Below, one piece after another: positions 63,055-64,000 of a DNA stretch of 64,000 bases. A model generated the notes under the pieces. That model ran no database searches and had not been told where the DNA came from. It saw only the letters and a program-made list of their open reading frames with translations. The stretch is taken from positions 70,494,001-70,558,000 of the forward strand of contig NC_043005.1 in the NCBI RefSeq assembly GCF_006345805.1, in the 5' to 3' direction. Made by a program: the position numbers and the translations under genes. The stretch comes from Octopus sinensis (Eukaryota). The first letter of the stretch is position 1. The number at the start of each line of letters is the position of its first letter.

Positions 63055-63605
63055 TTTGAAAACCCCACTAGAATGGGAGAAAGCGCTAATGATCTAAGTG
63101 ATATGATATATATATATAAAAAATGTAATATACAAATAAATATCTGTAAATATAAACCATCTGATTTTCTGAGTACCTCATTTCTTCTAATATATACATA
63201 TATATATACGATGGGCTTCTTTCAGTTTCCGCCTACCAAATCCACTCACAAGGCTTTGGTCAGCCCGAGGCTACAGCAGAAGACACTTGCTCAAGGTGCC
63301 ACACAGTGGGACTGAACCTGGAACCATGTGGTTGGTAAGCAAGTTACTTACCACACAGCCACTCCGAACTGAAAGGAATGCAACAGGAAAAATAAAAAGG
63401 AAAATTGGTACACCAAATTGACATACTAGAATTAGATTGAAGACATATCAGTTTTAAGTAAGAACATAGTTTATATATGTTTCTGTCAGGTGGCTTTCAA
63501 TAAATCACTTTCTGTTTTTAGAAGGTTCATTTTAAAGTGTATTGGCTGTTGAATTTAGGCCCAGATATGGATTATATCAACTTAGTCATGACTGACAAGG
63601 TTAAT

Positions 63606-64000
63606 CTTATTTCTTTATTGCCCACAAGGGACTAAACATAGAGGGTACAAACATGGACAGACAAAGGAATAGAGTCGATTACATCGACCCCAGTGTGTAA
63701 CTGGTAGTTAATTTATCGACCCCAAAAGGATGAAAGGTTAAGTCGACCATGGCGGAATTTGAACTCAGAACGTAACGGCAGACGAAATACCTATTTTTTT
63801 ACTACCCACAAGGGGCTAAACGCAGAAAGGACAAACAAATAGATTAAGTCGATTACATCGACCCCAGTGTGTAACTGGTACTTAATTTATCTACCCCGAA
63901 AGGATGAAAAGCAAAGTCGACCTCGGCGGAATTTGAACTCAGAACGTAATGGCAGACGAAATACGGCTACTCATTTCGCCCGGCGTGCTAACGTTTCTGC
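63606..64000 (-). mobile_element. Two head-to-tail SINE family 1 copies (63606-63790 truncated; 63791 to the window end)
   Basis: Two consecutive bodies, junction gacgaaatac|ctattttttt. Confidence 0.85.

Overview
Eukaryotic, AT-rich, repeat-saturated DNA with no confidently identifiable host protein-coding gene. The repeat repertoire (TA/CA microsatellites, several tRNA-headed SINE families, RTE, CR1, mariner, Helitron-like and Penelope-like pieces) resembles an octopod cephalopod genome; this is an inference from repeat style. The dominant feature is a 22.7-kb head-to-tail array (5062-27743, minus strand) of Tx1-type (L1 clade) non-LTR retrotransposons at a single site. Four copies of family A (A1 and A2 full length, A3 and A4 internally deleted) are bounded by a repeated 39-bp target sequence. 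One divergent family-B element sits inside the last target copy with its own 21-bp target-site duplication. No copy has intact ORFs as assembled. Main observations: (1) the 3' tails of both Tx1 families match the 3' tail of the commonest tRNA-headed SINE in the window, suggesting a SINE/Tx1 partnership; (2) the pre-insertion target can be reconstructed, contains a stem-loop, and has a diverged copy inside the 5' end of B; (3) both families carry a perfect AG|GTAAGT donor motif between the ORF1 stop and the ORF2 ATG; (4) a cluster of fold-back palindromes at 37.7-44.9 kb includes one carrying two minimal type-I hammerhead ribozyme motifs and one made of a tRNA-headed element with a Penelope-like tail. 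All alignments and counts were done by eye. Several frameshifts lie in homopolymers and could be sequencing-consensus errors.
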